Assembly: GCF_032191835.1 (NCBI RefSeq)
Contig: NC_083230.1
Location: forward strand, 47,678,001-47,742,000
Length of the DNA: 64,000 nt
From: Heteronotia binoei
Taxonomy: Eukaryota
Reading direction: 5' to 3'
Shown here: in pieces, positions 1 through 13,047 of the stretch
Layout of the letters: each line of letters begins with the position of its first letter
Numbering within the stretch: the stretch's first letter is position 1
Program-made: the position numbers and the translations under genes
Notes under the pieces: generated by a model
What the model was told of the DNA's origin: nothing
The model's database searches: none
What the model saw: the letters and a program-made list of their open reading frames with translations, nothing else

Positions 1-2773
1 GTGGGATGTGATGTTCTTCTGGAATTACAACTGATCTCCAATCTACAGAGGTAAATTCTTCTGGAGAAAATGGCAGCTTTGGAGGGTGCCCTGTATGACA
101 TTAAGCCCTTCTGAGGTCCTGCCCCTCCCCAGGCTTTACTCCCAAAATATCCAGGAATTTCCCAACCCAAAGTTGGCAACCTTAGCTGCCAGGTGGAAGA
201 AAAGAGGAAATAGTATAGGGAAAAGGATACACAAGAAAGTGAGGTCCCCTTTCTGCAGTCCTTGAAGGCTCCCCACAGTGCAACTAGGCTATACTTTGTT
301 CTGGGCAGAGGCTGCCGGAGAAGGGAAGGAGGCAAAGCTGAAGACGGGGAGCAGGTGAAGATAGGTGGGCTGGTGATGAGTGGGAGGGAGAAAAGGAAAC
401 AGGAAAAGGGAGAGGTTATGGGGCTTTCAAGGAAGGGAAAGAGGGTGGGGGGGGGGGAAATGAACTCCCATCATAAGTCTTTGCAGGCCTCCTCTTGTAA
501 TGACTAATGCCAATTAAACGTAATGATGGAGTAGGAGAGGCAATTTTCACATTAGAGAGGGAAGGCTAGTAGGAAGTATGTGGACCATGCAACCGAAATC
601 CTTAGTGAGACTGTGATGCATCTATTAGCTTTTAATGGTAGTACCATCCGCAAAACTGGAAGAGTGATGCATAGCACATCTGCTTTTCTCTTTATCATAC
701 TCTCTAGATTGGTTTTTCACTTCAAAGAATAGAGCATTGCAGAAGATGATAGTGTTGTTGCTATGTAATTATGCATCTCCTTTTCCATTATGCAGTTGGC
801 AGACTATTGGCAAATTATCCAGACTATTGTATCTAATCACAGAACAGCCAGTTCCTAAGTGTGTATTACACTTTAGTGTGACCAAGAGATGGAACAGAGG
901 GCGGGGCTATGCAGATAGTGACTACATGGGGGAGGAGCAGTATGGACACAGAATCCAGGCAATTACAACCCCCTCCTTCCATGTGCACACATGCCTACCA
1001 TGATAATGCCGAGCATTTTGCTAAGCTTATAACAAATAGCATGGATCATAGGTATTTTCTGCTCTTATTTTGTATTTATGCTTTAAGTCAGGGGTGTCAA
1101 AACATGTTGCCATGGATTGATCAGGCACCCAGAGAGTTCCTATCAGGCCCACAAGAAACTGGCTGTTTCTTGCTTCCTTTTCCAGTTCTGCTGCTGCTAT
1201 GTCACAGCTTGCTTATCAGACTCTTTGAGTCACACAGGGGAGAAAGAGAGGCAAGCTTCTGTTCTCCACACTGGCTGAGGCTTCTCCCCCTCCTCCTCCC
1301 AAGGGGAGGAGCCAGAGCTTGCTTCTTGGCCAGGCTCTTCAATTGCACAAGAGACAAAGACAAGCCTTTCTTCCCCTCCTCAAAGGGAGAGAGGGAACGA
1401 GGGAGAGCATGCTTTGCTTGGCTGCCTCAGTTGCATGGGAGAAATACAAAACACTTTTAAGACCAATGAAGTTTTATTCAAGTTATGAGCTTTTGTGTGT
1501 CTCGCTACAGTGTATGTTTTGTTGGGCTTGTTATGCCAGGGCTCTCCTGGATGCAACTGGGTTCCCTCCCCTTTTTCCCTGTGTTCATGCCCTCATGATC
1601 CAATCTTTCTCAGTAGGAAAGCAGTGTGAACTATTTAGATGAGGAATAATAACAAGCCAGTGAGGCAAATTTGGCTGAGATTGTGTGTCCAGACTAAGTT
1701 CACCCAGCATGTTTCCTTTGTAGACTGGGGATTTTGAACATAGGCTTCCCAGATAAGTAAGCTTATACTGACCACTATATATTGATGTCTCTCTATTCTT
1801 GCGCTGTCTCATAGGAGTTGTGGTTATTTCTCTGGGGAAGACTATAGTTTTATAGACAAATACCTAGCCCTCAGTCTGTGCTGGGATGCCTTCTCATGTT
1901 CTTGACTAGCACATGAAGCAACTTATGTACAAAAGCTCACAGTGCCCAGACATTTCATGTTGAACCTTGTCTAGGTTCAGAACACTGGCCATTAGATTTC
2001 ACTATGTAAATTAATCAAAAGCAGATTTGTAGCTTACAGATGGACACAGATGAAAAGCATACTCGCTACAGCACAGATATTTTGATGTAATAATTCAGAG
2101 CAAGAGGTGTCGGTTATCAGTGACTGTTAAGTAAACAAAATATTGCAAGACTGATAACGTTTTAAGCATGTTTTATTTAAAGTTTTTAAAAAATCTTTGT
2201 GTTTGTCTTTGTCCTTTATGAAGTTTGTTTCTCTGCTACCTGGCAACACATTTTATGGCACACATGGCCCAGCCCAACAAGGTCTCATTTTATGTCAGAT
2301 CTGGCCCTCATAACAAATGAGTCAAACAACCCTACTTTAAGTAATAAACTCTTCCTGTTCCTTCTATAAACATTTTAAGTGTATTGTTGGTTTAAGTAGC
2401 TATTCCTTTCTTTGAGCAGCAAGCTTCAGAACAAAAAGACTGGAGTATTACTGGGGTCCTAGTAGTAACAAGGCCAGTTGATGATGTAAGGATCCATACC
2501 AAATTTTTCAGCTGCTGAGGACTTTCCTTGGGGTGCTGTGTAGTAGAGTATAAATCCTTGTCTTAGTTTCCTCAGTAGCAGTATTTCCTCAGTAGCAGTA
2601 TTTCATAATTTCCATTCGAGTAAATGCTTGAAAAATAATCTATTTAAATAGAGCAGGTGCTTTTTTGGTTCTAGAGGCTGGTTAAAAACTAACAACAACT
2701 ATTATTCTGAAATGGTTTGTGTGTGTGTGTTCATAATCAAACTGAAAATGGTGTATTTTTTCACATATGTTAG

Positions 2774-2833
2774 GAAAGACTGTGACCTCATCAATGAACT
2801 CTGTTGTCAGCACTACTCACATCATCCAATGCG
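2774..2833 (+). CDS. HELB: HELB internal coding exon (RKDCDLINELCCQHYSHHPMR)
   Basis: TTAG acceptor and GTATGG donor, phase 2-2. Matches recalled human HELB RRQDCDLINDCCCKHY and joins in frame to 4591. Confidence 0.9.
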
Positions 2834-2879
2834 GTATGGATTTGTTCAAGTTTTATCCTTTACCAGTATTTGTTAGATT

Positions 2880-3090
2880 CAGGTGGGTAAGCCATGTTGG
2901 TCAGAAGCAATAGAACAAAGTTTGAGTTCAGTGGCACCTTTAAGACCAACAGTTCTGGGTATAAGCTTTCATGTGCATCCACACTTCATCAGATATTATC
3001 TTAAAAAGAGACCATGCACATGAATGCTTATATCCAGAATTAAACTTCGTTGGTCTTAAAGGTGCCACAGGACTCAAACTTTGTTCCACT
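2880..3090. mobile_element. Penelope-type terminal fragment in inverted arrangement
   Basis: 2913-2950 is inverted at 3049-3086. The same tail recurs at about 43430-43560, 34110-34270, 33590-33630 and 18330-18425. Confidence 0.65.
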
Positions 3091-4590
3091 GTTTGTGTTG
3101 TAAGCCAGTTTAGCGCAAGGAATAGTGCTACGTGCAGTAAAGGAAACTATTTTATACTTCACCTTCGTAGATACATTCAACTTTGTATTTACAATTGGCA
3201 ATCACCTCACAAGAGTCCTTCTGTTAAATATAGGGGGTGAGGAGAGGAATATGTTGCATTTTTTTGTTGTGAGTCCTCACTGGTAAACACAAAGTAGGTA
3301 ATTAATTTGTGATCACACTCCGGAGTGAGGTTTGGGATGGTGCAGGAAGAGAGGTTTCAGAAGCAGAGATGGTAAAAAGGATACTTCTCTCCCACCTTTT
3401 ACATTTTTTCTCGCCTTCTGCTAATGGTAAAGAACTAAGATTGGGCACTGGTTGCTATAATTTATGTTGTTTTGTCAGAAGATAGTGAGTGGGTTGGGGG
3501 GGGGGGGACCCGGGGCTGAGAGTAAGTGATAGCCAGTGAAGCCAAAGGGTACCAAATAGTATCAAAACCATGGAAATATTTGATAAATTGAGTGTTTTCA
3601 ATAATCAGTTCTTCTGTATCATATTTGCTGATTTCAAAGAGAAAAATAAAATTAAAGATATATGGTACATTCCCAAGTTTCCAGTTAGCAAACAGCTTCA
3701 TATGAAAGCCCCCTTGCCCAGCTGTTTAAGATCTAGCATAATTTTACAGATCCTTCCTCATTTCTAAAAATGCAACTAGCAGGATAGCTGTTCCCCCTAC
3801 AGCAAGGGTACCCATTTCCATCATATTGACTTAGGATATCATTGCGGGTGGAGAGTGTTGTAACAGTCCCACATAGTGTTAATTCCAGGGGCTTTTACAG
3901 TCTGAAGAGGCCTTAATTGTGATTCTAGCTCTAACCGATCACAGAGTAATATCCTGCCATTTCTTCAGTCCCCTCTCGGTGTGCGTAGTTCTTCCACTGC
4001 CATTTTATTTTCCGTACAATCCTGTGAAGTAGGTTAAATTGAAAGAAGGTGAAGGGTTGGAAATCACACCATGAGTTTTATAGCTGAATGGGGATGTGAA
4101 CATAGGACTCTTACTGGTCCTGGTGTGAGATGCTAGCCATTATACCACAGTGAATCTCAATAAACAAAATATTGTGATGTTTAGAATCCAGGGGTTTGCA
4201 GCTGTTTGACCTGAACGAATTGAGTTCAGCATGACTTTGTGTTTTGCTATTTTTAATTGAGATCCAGTTCTGGAAGTATACTTCAAAATGTTTTTTAAAT
4301 ATTGAAGCTTAAGAGGTTTATTAGGGTGGTTCATGATATTTCTGAAGAGTATTCTAGGAGACTTTAGAGGTATGCTCTTCAGTGCTGTGGTCCTTTGTTT
4401 TGCTAATTTGGTGATGTTGTTGAATGCATTACAGAACCTCAGTATCTTTGTGTACACTGGATGTTTTTTCACTGATGTCCTGTAAGAAAGCATGGGGATA
4501 TTTTTGGAGGTACATGCTTGTTTGGGGGTTTTCTTTTTGCACTTATGAATGCTTTAAATGAATCTTCAGTATGCTTCTGTTTTCATTCAG

Positions 4591-4837
4591 AAACGATAAA
4601 AACCAGTTACAATTTCAGTGCGGTGACAAAATTTGTTCCACAAGAAATGCATACGTAAGAGATCTTCATCCAAATGATAAGATTTGCACAAAGAATAATA
4701 GAGATCCTGATCCATGTGATTGTGATAAGTGCTTTACAAGAGAAGATTGCCTCTCTGGTCGGAATCCACCTTCCCATGAAAATAAAGATACTGATAATAC
4801 ACGCTTGTGCAATGGAGACATATTCTACATTGAAGAG
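4591..4837 (+). CDS. HELB: HELB coding exon (NDKNQLQFQCGDKICSTRNAY...RLCNGDIFYIEE)
   Basis: TTCAG acceptor. GDKICxTRNAY and RLCNGxIF match HELB. The 3' boundary is inferred at a GC donor (GAG|GCATGT); start is firm, end less so. Confidence 0.85.
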
Positions 4838-5510
4838 GCATGTAGGGGAGGGGTGTGTGGCAGAGGTAATGAGTAACTGATTTTCAGAATCTTCCTGGAA
4901 TTGGGAAAAGACTTTCATCATGTCATGTACAAAGAGACAATTGCTTCCTTTCTTAGGGCCAAACAAGATCTGTCATTGAGTTTGACTTTCTGCTCCCTGC
5001 TGCTCAAGTTGCACCCTGAAATGCTACTCCTAGGGGGCTGGGGGGGAGCCCTTAGGAACTGCATGAAAGGAGATCTGGAGGATTGCTGCTGGGTGGGATG
5101 AGAGTGTGTGGATTTGTTCAGGTTCCAGCCCATGGTGAGGAAGTATTCTGTGTTGTTTTACTCTTATACAATGTCTGTTGTTCTTGAACTTCATTCAATA
5201 GTGCTGGTCTGCTGGTTGCCCTGTTTATCTGTTAAATGTTTGGAGTCAGGTACAGAGGAAGTATTGCTGTTCTCCAAATGGTTAGCAGAAAGCAAAGCAC
5301 TGTGATGACAAATATTGTTCAGCTGCTGCTAGTACTCTGGCCCAAGTGGTTAAAGCATCCTCCTTTTGCTTAGGTAGATAGTTTAAAAAGAATAACTTCC
5401 TTCAGCATCTGTTTTGGAATCATGAAAGGAAATCCTTGGGCAGAGCCTCAGTTGATTTACTGAGTAATTGTTACTTAAGAAAGCCATGTATCTGTACATT
5501 GTGTTTGTAG

Positions 5511-5645
5511 GACAGAGAAGTTGACAAGCGTCGGCTCCTGACCATTAGTAGCACTGAAGGACCTACATACACCCTGCTTTATCGAGGTCTCCAGAGAGTA
5601 TGTAAGATACAGCATGCCTGGGCCAGAACTATTCACACATTTCAG
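5511..5645 (+). CDS. HELB: HELB coding exon (DREVDKRR...KIQHAWARTIHTFQ)
   Basis: TTTGTAG acceptor and CAG|GTAAG donor, 135 nt, phase 0-0. Contains the SF1 helicase motif HAWARTIHTFQ. Confidence 0.95.
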
Positions 5646-6608
5646 GTAAGAGAGGTGGTAGTTTTAATGAAGTTCTACCAACCTGAAGAAGATGCTGCCA
5701 GTCACATGTAACATATTATAATGTGTGAGATGAAGACATAGTAATTCTTTGACTTAGATTAGTCTGAGTGGCCTAAAAGGCACATTCTGTTAAGCCTAGT
5801 TTTGACTCAGTCATAACATGAAGTTGGTTAGTAACCAGTCGAATATGGAGTCAAGTTCAAGGTTTTGGTACTGACCTATAAGACCTTGAGCAGTCAGAGA
5901 CCAACATACTTGTGGGACTTTCTCCTCTATTATGTCCCTGGGAGAGCATTGTGCTGTTTAGATAACAACTTTTTGGTGGTCCCCAGCCCTAAAGTCATCT
6001 GACTATCCTCAACCAGGGCTAGGGCCTTCTCAGTCATGGCTTCAACCTGATGGAACTCTCTGCCAGATACCATCTGGGCCCTGTGGGATCTGATACAATT
6101 CTGCAGGGCCTGCAAGGCAGAGATGTTGAATCAGGCTGTTGGTTGAGGACAGCGATGGTTTCCATCTGGCTGGTACCTTCCTCTACTACTTACATCTATT
6201 TTGCTCTCCTCCCCCCTGCCCATGAATGTAGCTTGGGAGTGGAGACTGGGACTATTTATCACCATTGGATTGTTAAAATGTTCTGTAAATTGATCTTAGT
6301 TGCATTTATTCTGTAGTAGTTTTATATATGTTCTACATCACCCAGAGCCCTGCAGTAGCAGGGTTTGGGCAATTCATAAATGCAGCAGCAGCAGCAGCAA
6401 CAACAATTACAATCCATTGTGGAAAGGGTCTTTAAAATTTAAGAGTCTTTATGGGAGCAGTGATTTTGCCCTCAGGTCGTTTGTAGTTCTTAATATTATT
6501 GTATTAGGATCTGAGGGTCCCACATTCAAAGCCCCATTCAGCTATCAGTCTTATTGAATTACATTGGTTCAGCTATACTCTCTCAGTTGAAGCTGCTTCA
6601 CTTTGTGA

Positions 6609-7045
6609 AGAGCCAGTTTGATGTAGTGGACTCTAATCTGGGAGAACCAGGTTTGATTCCCCACTTCTCCACCTGCACCTGCTGGTATGAAACTTGGGTC
6701 AGTCATAACTCTCTCAGAGCTGTTCCTCTCAAAAGCAGTTCTCAAAGAACTCTCTCAGTCCCATCTACCTCACAAGAAATGCTCGCTTTAAGCTATGAAT
6801 CTTGTGAGCAAAAAGTCTGCTTTGTAAGATAATGTCATTAAAGTTGTACTACATAAATTAGTTTGCTCTGGGCCATTTTTTCCTGAGCTATGACAAAAGC
6901 TGTGAGTTGGAGGCTAAAAAACTGTGAGCTAGCTCACACTAACTCAGCTTAGAGGGAACACTGGTCTGTTGTGGGGAGGGGAGAGGAAAGGAGATTGTAA
7001 GCCGCTCTGAGACTCCAAGTGAAGGGCAGGGTATAAATCCAATCA
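6609..7045 (+). mobile_element. Gecko-type (Squam3-like) SINE interrupted by a hAT-like MITE (about 6778-6963, - strand)
   Basis: SINE head GAGCCAGTTTGATGTAGTGG and tail GGAGATTGTAAGCCGCTCTGAG flank a copy of the 52582-52758 MITE. Confidence 0.75.
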
Positions 7046-7451
7046 CCACCGCCTCCTCCAAATGGTGGAGACAGAACTATGTATGCCACTCTGAGCTCCT
7101 TTGAGAAAGGGTGGAATAAAAATGGATCGTTCATAGAACAGTGGAGAAACCAAAATGAGGCAGTATAAAAACCTTATTTGGTGAGTTACCGAAAATGCAT
7201 TGGGACTCAATTAAATTAAATGGGTAGATAGAAGCTTTTTCCTCCCACTTCATTTATTTGCTTTTGTGATGATAATAAAGAAAATTTGTAAGACCAGTGG
7301 CAACACTTGATTGTTTCTTCCTTGGGACTCCCAAGATGAATGGAATGGTAGCATTAAAATGTTTTAAATAAATTAATAATATTGATAAGCAAGGAGGCTA
7401 ACTGAATTTAAACAGATTTATTCAAGAGTTCTTTCTCAATACTGTTTTCAG

Positions 7452-7904
7452 GGTTCTGAGGAGAAGACTGTTGTCTATGTCGTTGGAAATGCTGGTCGTC
7501 AGAACTGGCAGCACGTATACACAGCTGTTACTAGAGGACGTAGTCGAGTCTATATTGTAGCTGAAAAAGCCAAACTCCAAAAAGTTATAGCTACCAAAGA
7601 ATTCCCCAGAAAAACTCATTTACGAAAACATTTGCAAGATGCATTTATGGGGAAAACTGATTCTTTTGAGGAAAAATTTTCTTCTCAAGGGAATGTACAG
7701 AGTGAAGAGGATAGGATCTATGACTTTGCTCCTCATGCTGGAAATAATTGCATTAACTTAGAGGAGGCTGCAGTTTCTGATGAAATGAAAGATGACAACA
7801 GACAGAGAACTGTTGAGCTAACTGAAATGTCACGCCACCCAGGTGGGCTTAAAAGGCACAGTAACTTTCCAGAGGATTCTTCAAGTCCTTCTAAAATAAT
7901 GCTG
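7452..7904 (+). CDS. HELB: HELB coding exon (GSEEKTVVYVVG...HVYTAVTRGRSRVY...SSSPSKIML)
   Basis: TTTTCAG acceptor and CTG|GTAAGA donor, 453 nt open. Helicase motifs GSE and YTAVTRGR, then an acidic, SP-rich tail. Confidence 0.95.
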
Positions 7905-9810
7905 GTAAGAAGTTTCGGTAGAAGCTATAAAAATTTACCTATGCAATTTTTTCACTTGTAGAAATACTTATAAATTGTCATGTGACCTTTATGGTTTACC
8001 AACTTGGTAAGTTTGAAATGTGGTATTGTTGCCAGCCAAAAACATCTTATGAAGTTGATAATGTGTAAAAGCACAACTCATGTGAGTTGCCTGTATTGTG
8101 CAGAGATTCCCTTTACACAGCTCAAACGCTTGAGTGGGAGCACCTGTGATTCTCTATGAAACATTGTCTTATCTCCTGAAAACTTGGGAGATCAGTGGTT
8201 TTTATATTATTGGTGTGATTTCCGTAGGGGGGAGAGGTGTGTGGCAAAGTTAATACACAACTTTGGGCCACTCCCTGAGATGTAAAATTTAAGTCCTGAA
8301 GCCAAAAAACCCCTGAGTTTTTGAGGGAAATTGAAATATATAGAAACCTAAACTTTTTTTCTGATTTAACATGAAACAGCTTCTATCTGCCCATCTAATT
8401 TACCAGGATATTTTGAAAGAGTCTCAATGTGGGGAAAATAAAAGTTTAATGTGAAAAACAAATTCTTTAGTAAATAAAAGAAATAGCATTATTTGGAAAG
8501 AAACATTCATAGTTACAAGAGGTAGGACAACTAGCATGTTTGGATATGTTAACACTGAAACAGTGAACTGTTTAATAATGCATTATTATTGTCATTAAAG
8601 ACATTATCACATATAAGCTGTTGCCAAAATAATTTACATTTTTTTAAAAAAATAAATGTTTGTATGTCGATAAAGTATGCATCAGGATTATCATTTTCTG
8701 ATTTGTAGGTCCTTACATAAATTGTATACTAACATAGTTTGAGTAAAACCTTGTCTTCCATTATACTCATTCCAAAAGGGGGTGGGGGAATCACAAGAGC
8801 TTTTTCAGTGTTCCCTTAGATTTTCCAGTTTTTCCATTGGAGATAATGAGCAAGGCCACCAGATTTTTTCATGCTATACATTTCAAACAAGTGATTTGCT
8901 TTTTAAGACCAATTTTCTCACTCAAAATATTTAATAGGGTTTTTTTTCCAAATTCCCAATTTTTGTTGAAAAATAAAAAAGTATGAGGGAAAAGGTTCCC
9001 CCCCCTCCCTAAAATTGTCCATTTCACCCCCTAGGCCTTTTACATGTCTGTGGGTTTCATGCAGTGCATCCGAAGCAGAATTACACCCTTTTAAATCCAC
9101 TAGCTTCAGTGGACTAATAAGAATTGCACTGTTAGGAGTGCAGCCGGGGCATACAGTTCTATAAAGGGATAGAGTTTGACCTCTTGTACACATGAAGCAG
9201 TGCTTTCGAATCCCATATGTTTCAAAGTCTGCAGTAAATGTGTTTTGTGAGCCAAGAATTTTTTTGTGCAGAAACTCAGTGCTTTGGATAGATAAAAAGC
9301 TCTAAAAATGCTAAAAAGCCATGAAATGTATAGGTTGCATTGTAGAGCATGCAAAAGAATTCTTTGACTTCAAACCCCCCCCCCCCCCCCAATGTTTATG
9401 CCTAGTTAATAATTATTAAGAATATCAGGTTGGGCACAGCAGTAACTCGGAATAGAGACAGGTTAATGATGATGTGGTGGTGGTGGCAGCACTTTTTGTG
9501 TTTCACCTTGGAAAAGGAATTTGTGATCCAAAATGGCACTGAAAACAACTGCCCATGATGTGGCATAGAGTGGGAGGAACTTGAACTTTGAAGGCATTTA
9601 TATGATATAGGGGAGAAATTGAGGAGACAGTGTTTGTTTGGGCTGCTATTAACACATACTGTGTGCAAGGTGCCATTCTGAGATAAGGCAGTTAAATTCT
9701 TAAGATTCATGTCCACAAAACTGTCAGTGCTTTTATAATTTAAGATTATTGAGTTATGATGTTCTCAACCAGCATTACATCTTGGTCTCGTTTTTTGGTA
9801 TGTTTCACAG

Positions 9811-9900
9811 ATAACGGAAGACAACTCCCCACTTGGAATAAACAGACTTCAAGGCATGACACTGGAGGGTCCTGTTCCTAAAAAGCTTTTTCCATCATAA
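9811..9900 (+). CDS. HELB: HELB terminal coding exon (ITEDNSPLGINRLQGMTLEGPVPKKLFPS*)
   Basis: TTTCACAG acceptor, phase 0, ends in TAA. Resembles the human C-terminus [22 protein letters not shown]. Confidence 0.88.
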   Translation: MTEDNSPLGINRLQGMTLEGPVPKKLFPS

Positions 9901-11637
9901 CAAATCTGCTATCTGGCGAGGTGCTTCATTTTGATTTTCTTTTACAAAGCGTGCATCTGAAGTATAAAGCTGGGGTGTGGGCGGTCCATTTTTAAAAATA
10001 GATTTTTCAGATTAAAAGGGAAGGCTCCCCCCCCTTCAAAAAGTCATTTTAAAAGTCCAAATAGTATTATTTTTTATTAAAGTTGTCTGCATCTCTTGTA
10101 ATGGAGAAGCACACATCCTAGGACTAATTTTGATGGTCATTACTGGGGAAAAAACAGGTGTTGGATTTTTTTTTAAAAAACCATGTTGTCATGAGATGTT
10201 GTTGTTGATAGGTGGTGTCCACTTCTGCTGCTAGTGTTCTGAAGATGTTACTAGAAGCTGTGTGGTAAGAGTTTACATAATGATAGGGACAAGCGAATCT
10301 TTTACTCTGGCTTTGTTGGAGGACTCCCTTCTCTCAAAGCAGTGCTGTATTAATGAAAAGTATTTCATTGCAAGAAAGATTACCTTTAAACATGGCTTTA
10401 GAAACCTGTGTTAGATCAGAATGAGAGAAACTGTACTTACAGAAGCCCATTTGGACATGTATTTTCCTAATCCAATCAGGGCTGTGCACTCAGAAGCCTG
10501 AGTTATGTCATTCTTGTCCCTTCTTGGATCAGGGCACAGAAGTAGTCTTGGTTTTTAGAATCTGAAAAGCAGGGAGCTTTGAGACCCATGGTGGACAAAA
10601 ATCTTGTTTGATCCCTGCTGTCCGCCCACTTCAACCCTGCCGCCATCACCACTTTCTTCCCTTTTCCACCCATCCCCATTTATGCTTTATGTAGTATCTT
10701 GGCTGATATTCTCCCTGTTTGGGGAAGATTTTAACACACACACATCCCTCTTTAAATATTTTGGGGATAAAGATACAGACATCTTCCCTGTCTGTAACTG
10801 GCCCTATTGTGCAGATTCTTAATCTACATCTTTGGGGATAAATTTAGAATGTATGTCTAAGATTATTTTAAAGAATCTGGGACATAAGCTTGTACATATG
10901 AGTGATGACATTCCCATATATTCACTGAATGCTTGGGGAGGGAGACCAGGAGCAAGCAAACTGGGTCTCCCTCCTGCCACCATCTTGTCCCTTCTTGGAT
11001 CAGGGCACAGAAATAGTCTTGATTTTTAGAGTCTGAAAAGCAGGGAGCTTTGAGACCTATGGTGGACAGAAATCTTGTTTGACCCCTGCTGGCCTTCAAC
11101 ACATGCAATATCCTCTTTAAATCATTTACATTTTTCATACAAATTTTTCAACAGTTTGAACTCCCAGATAAATCTCCACAACTGCCCAGTCATTTGCAGG
11201 GAGGCTGTGCAACCTTTCCCTCTCCATGGTCAGCAAATTTAAAAAAACAGTGTTGTTGTAGATCACTGGGAAGGAGAGTTTGCATGGCCACTTCTTCCGT
11301 GTGGGTTTAAGTAAAAACTGTCTCTCTAAATTGTAAACTCAGTTTCTAAATCTTTCTCAGTTATTTGCACTTCAAATGTGAGACCTGGATAATGTAAATG
11401 ATAGAGAATGCAGGATCATTTGTTGAGATTGTAGAGTTTTTTGCTAACTAAATAGAAGTTGGCATAAAAATTCAACACATATCCTCTTTAAATCATTGTT
11501 TATTTTTTTTTACATTTTCCATACAAATTTTTCAACAGTTTGAATTCCCAGAAACCATACATTGACGATAAATATCATGCTATTAAAGTATTAAATTTGT
11601 ACAAAAATACTTTTCATTTTAATACTCATTTGTTACA

Positions 11638-11643
11638 AATAAA
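11638..11643 (+). terminator. Candidate HELB polyadenylation signal
   Basis: AATAAA followed by T/GT-rich sequence. Nearer ATTAAA hexamers (about 10011 and 10076) are alternatives. Confidence 0.35.
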
Positions 11644-11968
11644 AATACATATTAAGTGGTTTATGATTTGGGTCTCAATTTCATTTTGAATGAATTTTCT
11701 CTGGCAGTGCTGACAGGTGAGTAAAATATTTCACTGGTGTGTGCATAGGACAGGTAAGCTTGCTTATGAAACAGGTTAAGGAAAGTAGCATTAGGGCTAC
11801 ATCAACAGTTCAAATAGATGAAAAAAACTGGTTGTTGGAAGGATTGCTAAGATATGAAGACTCTACAGTGATTACAGACAAATCCAGTGTCTTTCCAGTC
11901 ACTAAGTAACATTACCATGACAATACAGTAAACAAACCAAAGCAGCTGCTGGTGAGCCTAAAAAGCAT

Positions 11969-11974
11969 TTTATT
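11969..11974 (-). terminator. Candidate GRIP1 polyadenylation signal
   Basis: AATAAA on the - strand about 1.07 kb past the stop, followed by GT/T-rich sequence. A second AATAAA lies at 12042-12047. Confidence 0.5.
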
Positions 11975-13047
11975 GCTCTGACGGGATGGGGGGGGGGAGT
12001 GGAACTTGGGAGTGTGTGTGTGTATAAGAGAGAGTGCAAAATTTATTTACAACTTAAAAATTAATTGCCCAAAATGGTAAGGGTCAACAAGATTTCACAA
12101 AGATTAAATAGACATTTTAAAGCAATGCATTCACTTTAATTAAACAAAAATCTTGTGTAGCTATATAATTTAATTTGTGTGTGTCCTTTGTTAAGATTTG
12201 CATCAATATTCCTTTGCTACCATAATCCAAAGTAAAAAAAAATTACTTTAACATCTTGCTTGTATAAACTTCTTTTTTAAATATCCCTAAAATTCATTTT
12301 ACTGCAGTTTCCCCCTTAAAATGAATAGGTTCCAAATACCCCAAAGTAAAAAAATCCCCACAGGTTGCAAGACATATCCTGTTCAGTACATTGTTGCATA
12401 GGGAATAATATAACTCCTAATAAAATCATACTACAGCTGAGCACTACAAGTTACCCCCCCCTCCCCACACTTCAGATTCTTGCTGTGCCCCTTTGCTCAA
12501 AACGGTTGTAAAGCCACTCTGTAGTTCTTGCCTATGTCCCTTTTTCACTACAGCAGAGACAGCAGAACCACTTCTTGCTACAAAGCAACTACTACAATAG
12601 CCAACATACAAGTCGTCATCTGGGTGTAGCAGCAATGTTTCAAGGTTTCTTCATTCTGTTATATCATCTGATCTTCAGATTAGTTACACATTCTGAAAAA
12701 TCAATCTGCATGTTTATGACTTAAAAGTTTAAAAAGTGGTTGTTTTTTAATCAGTCAAAATTGAGAGAGAAGCCCTATCTTTTTAAATTAAATCTGTCAG
12801 GATAAAAAATAAAGCCACTTTCACCATTCATTTTTGCTTGAATTTAGGGATTATTTGGAATGGCACTGTTCATGATTATAAAAAACAAGAACAGAACAAA
12901 ACTCTGTTTGGGAAGCAAGTAGCAAATAACGAGTCTTAAGAAATAATCAGACTCCCCTGTGCTTCTTAAGAGTTGTGTCTCCAGTGTAGCAGAAATCTCA
13001 TAGGAATATAGCACCATTTAAATGCCTAGTACTAATACAGTTTTTGG

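Noticed and set aside
262-2700. Short ORFs (81-183 aa) in the first 2.7 kb
   Set aside because: Intronic repeat-derived sequence. No HELB-like peptide was found, so the preceding exon is probably upstream of the window.
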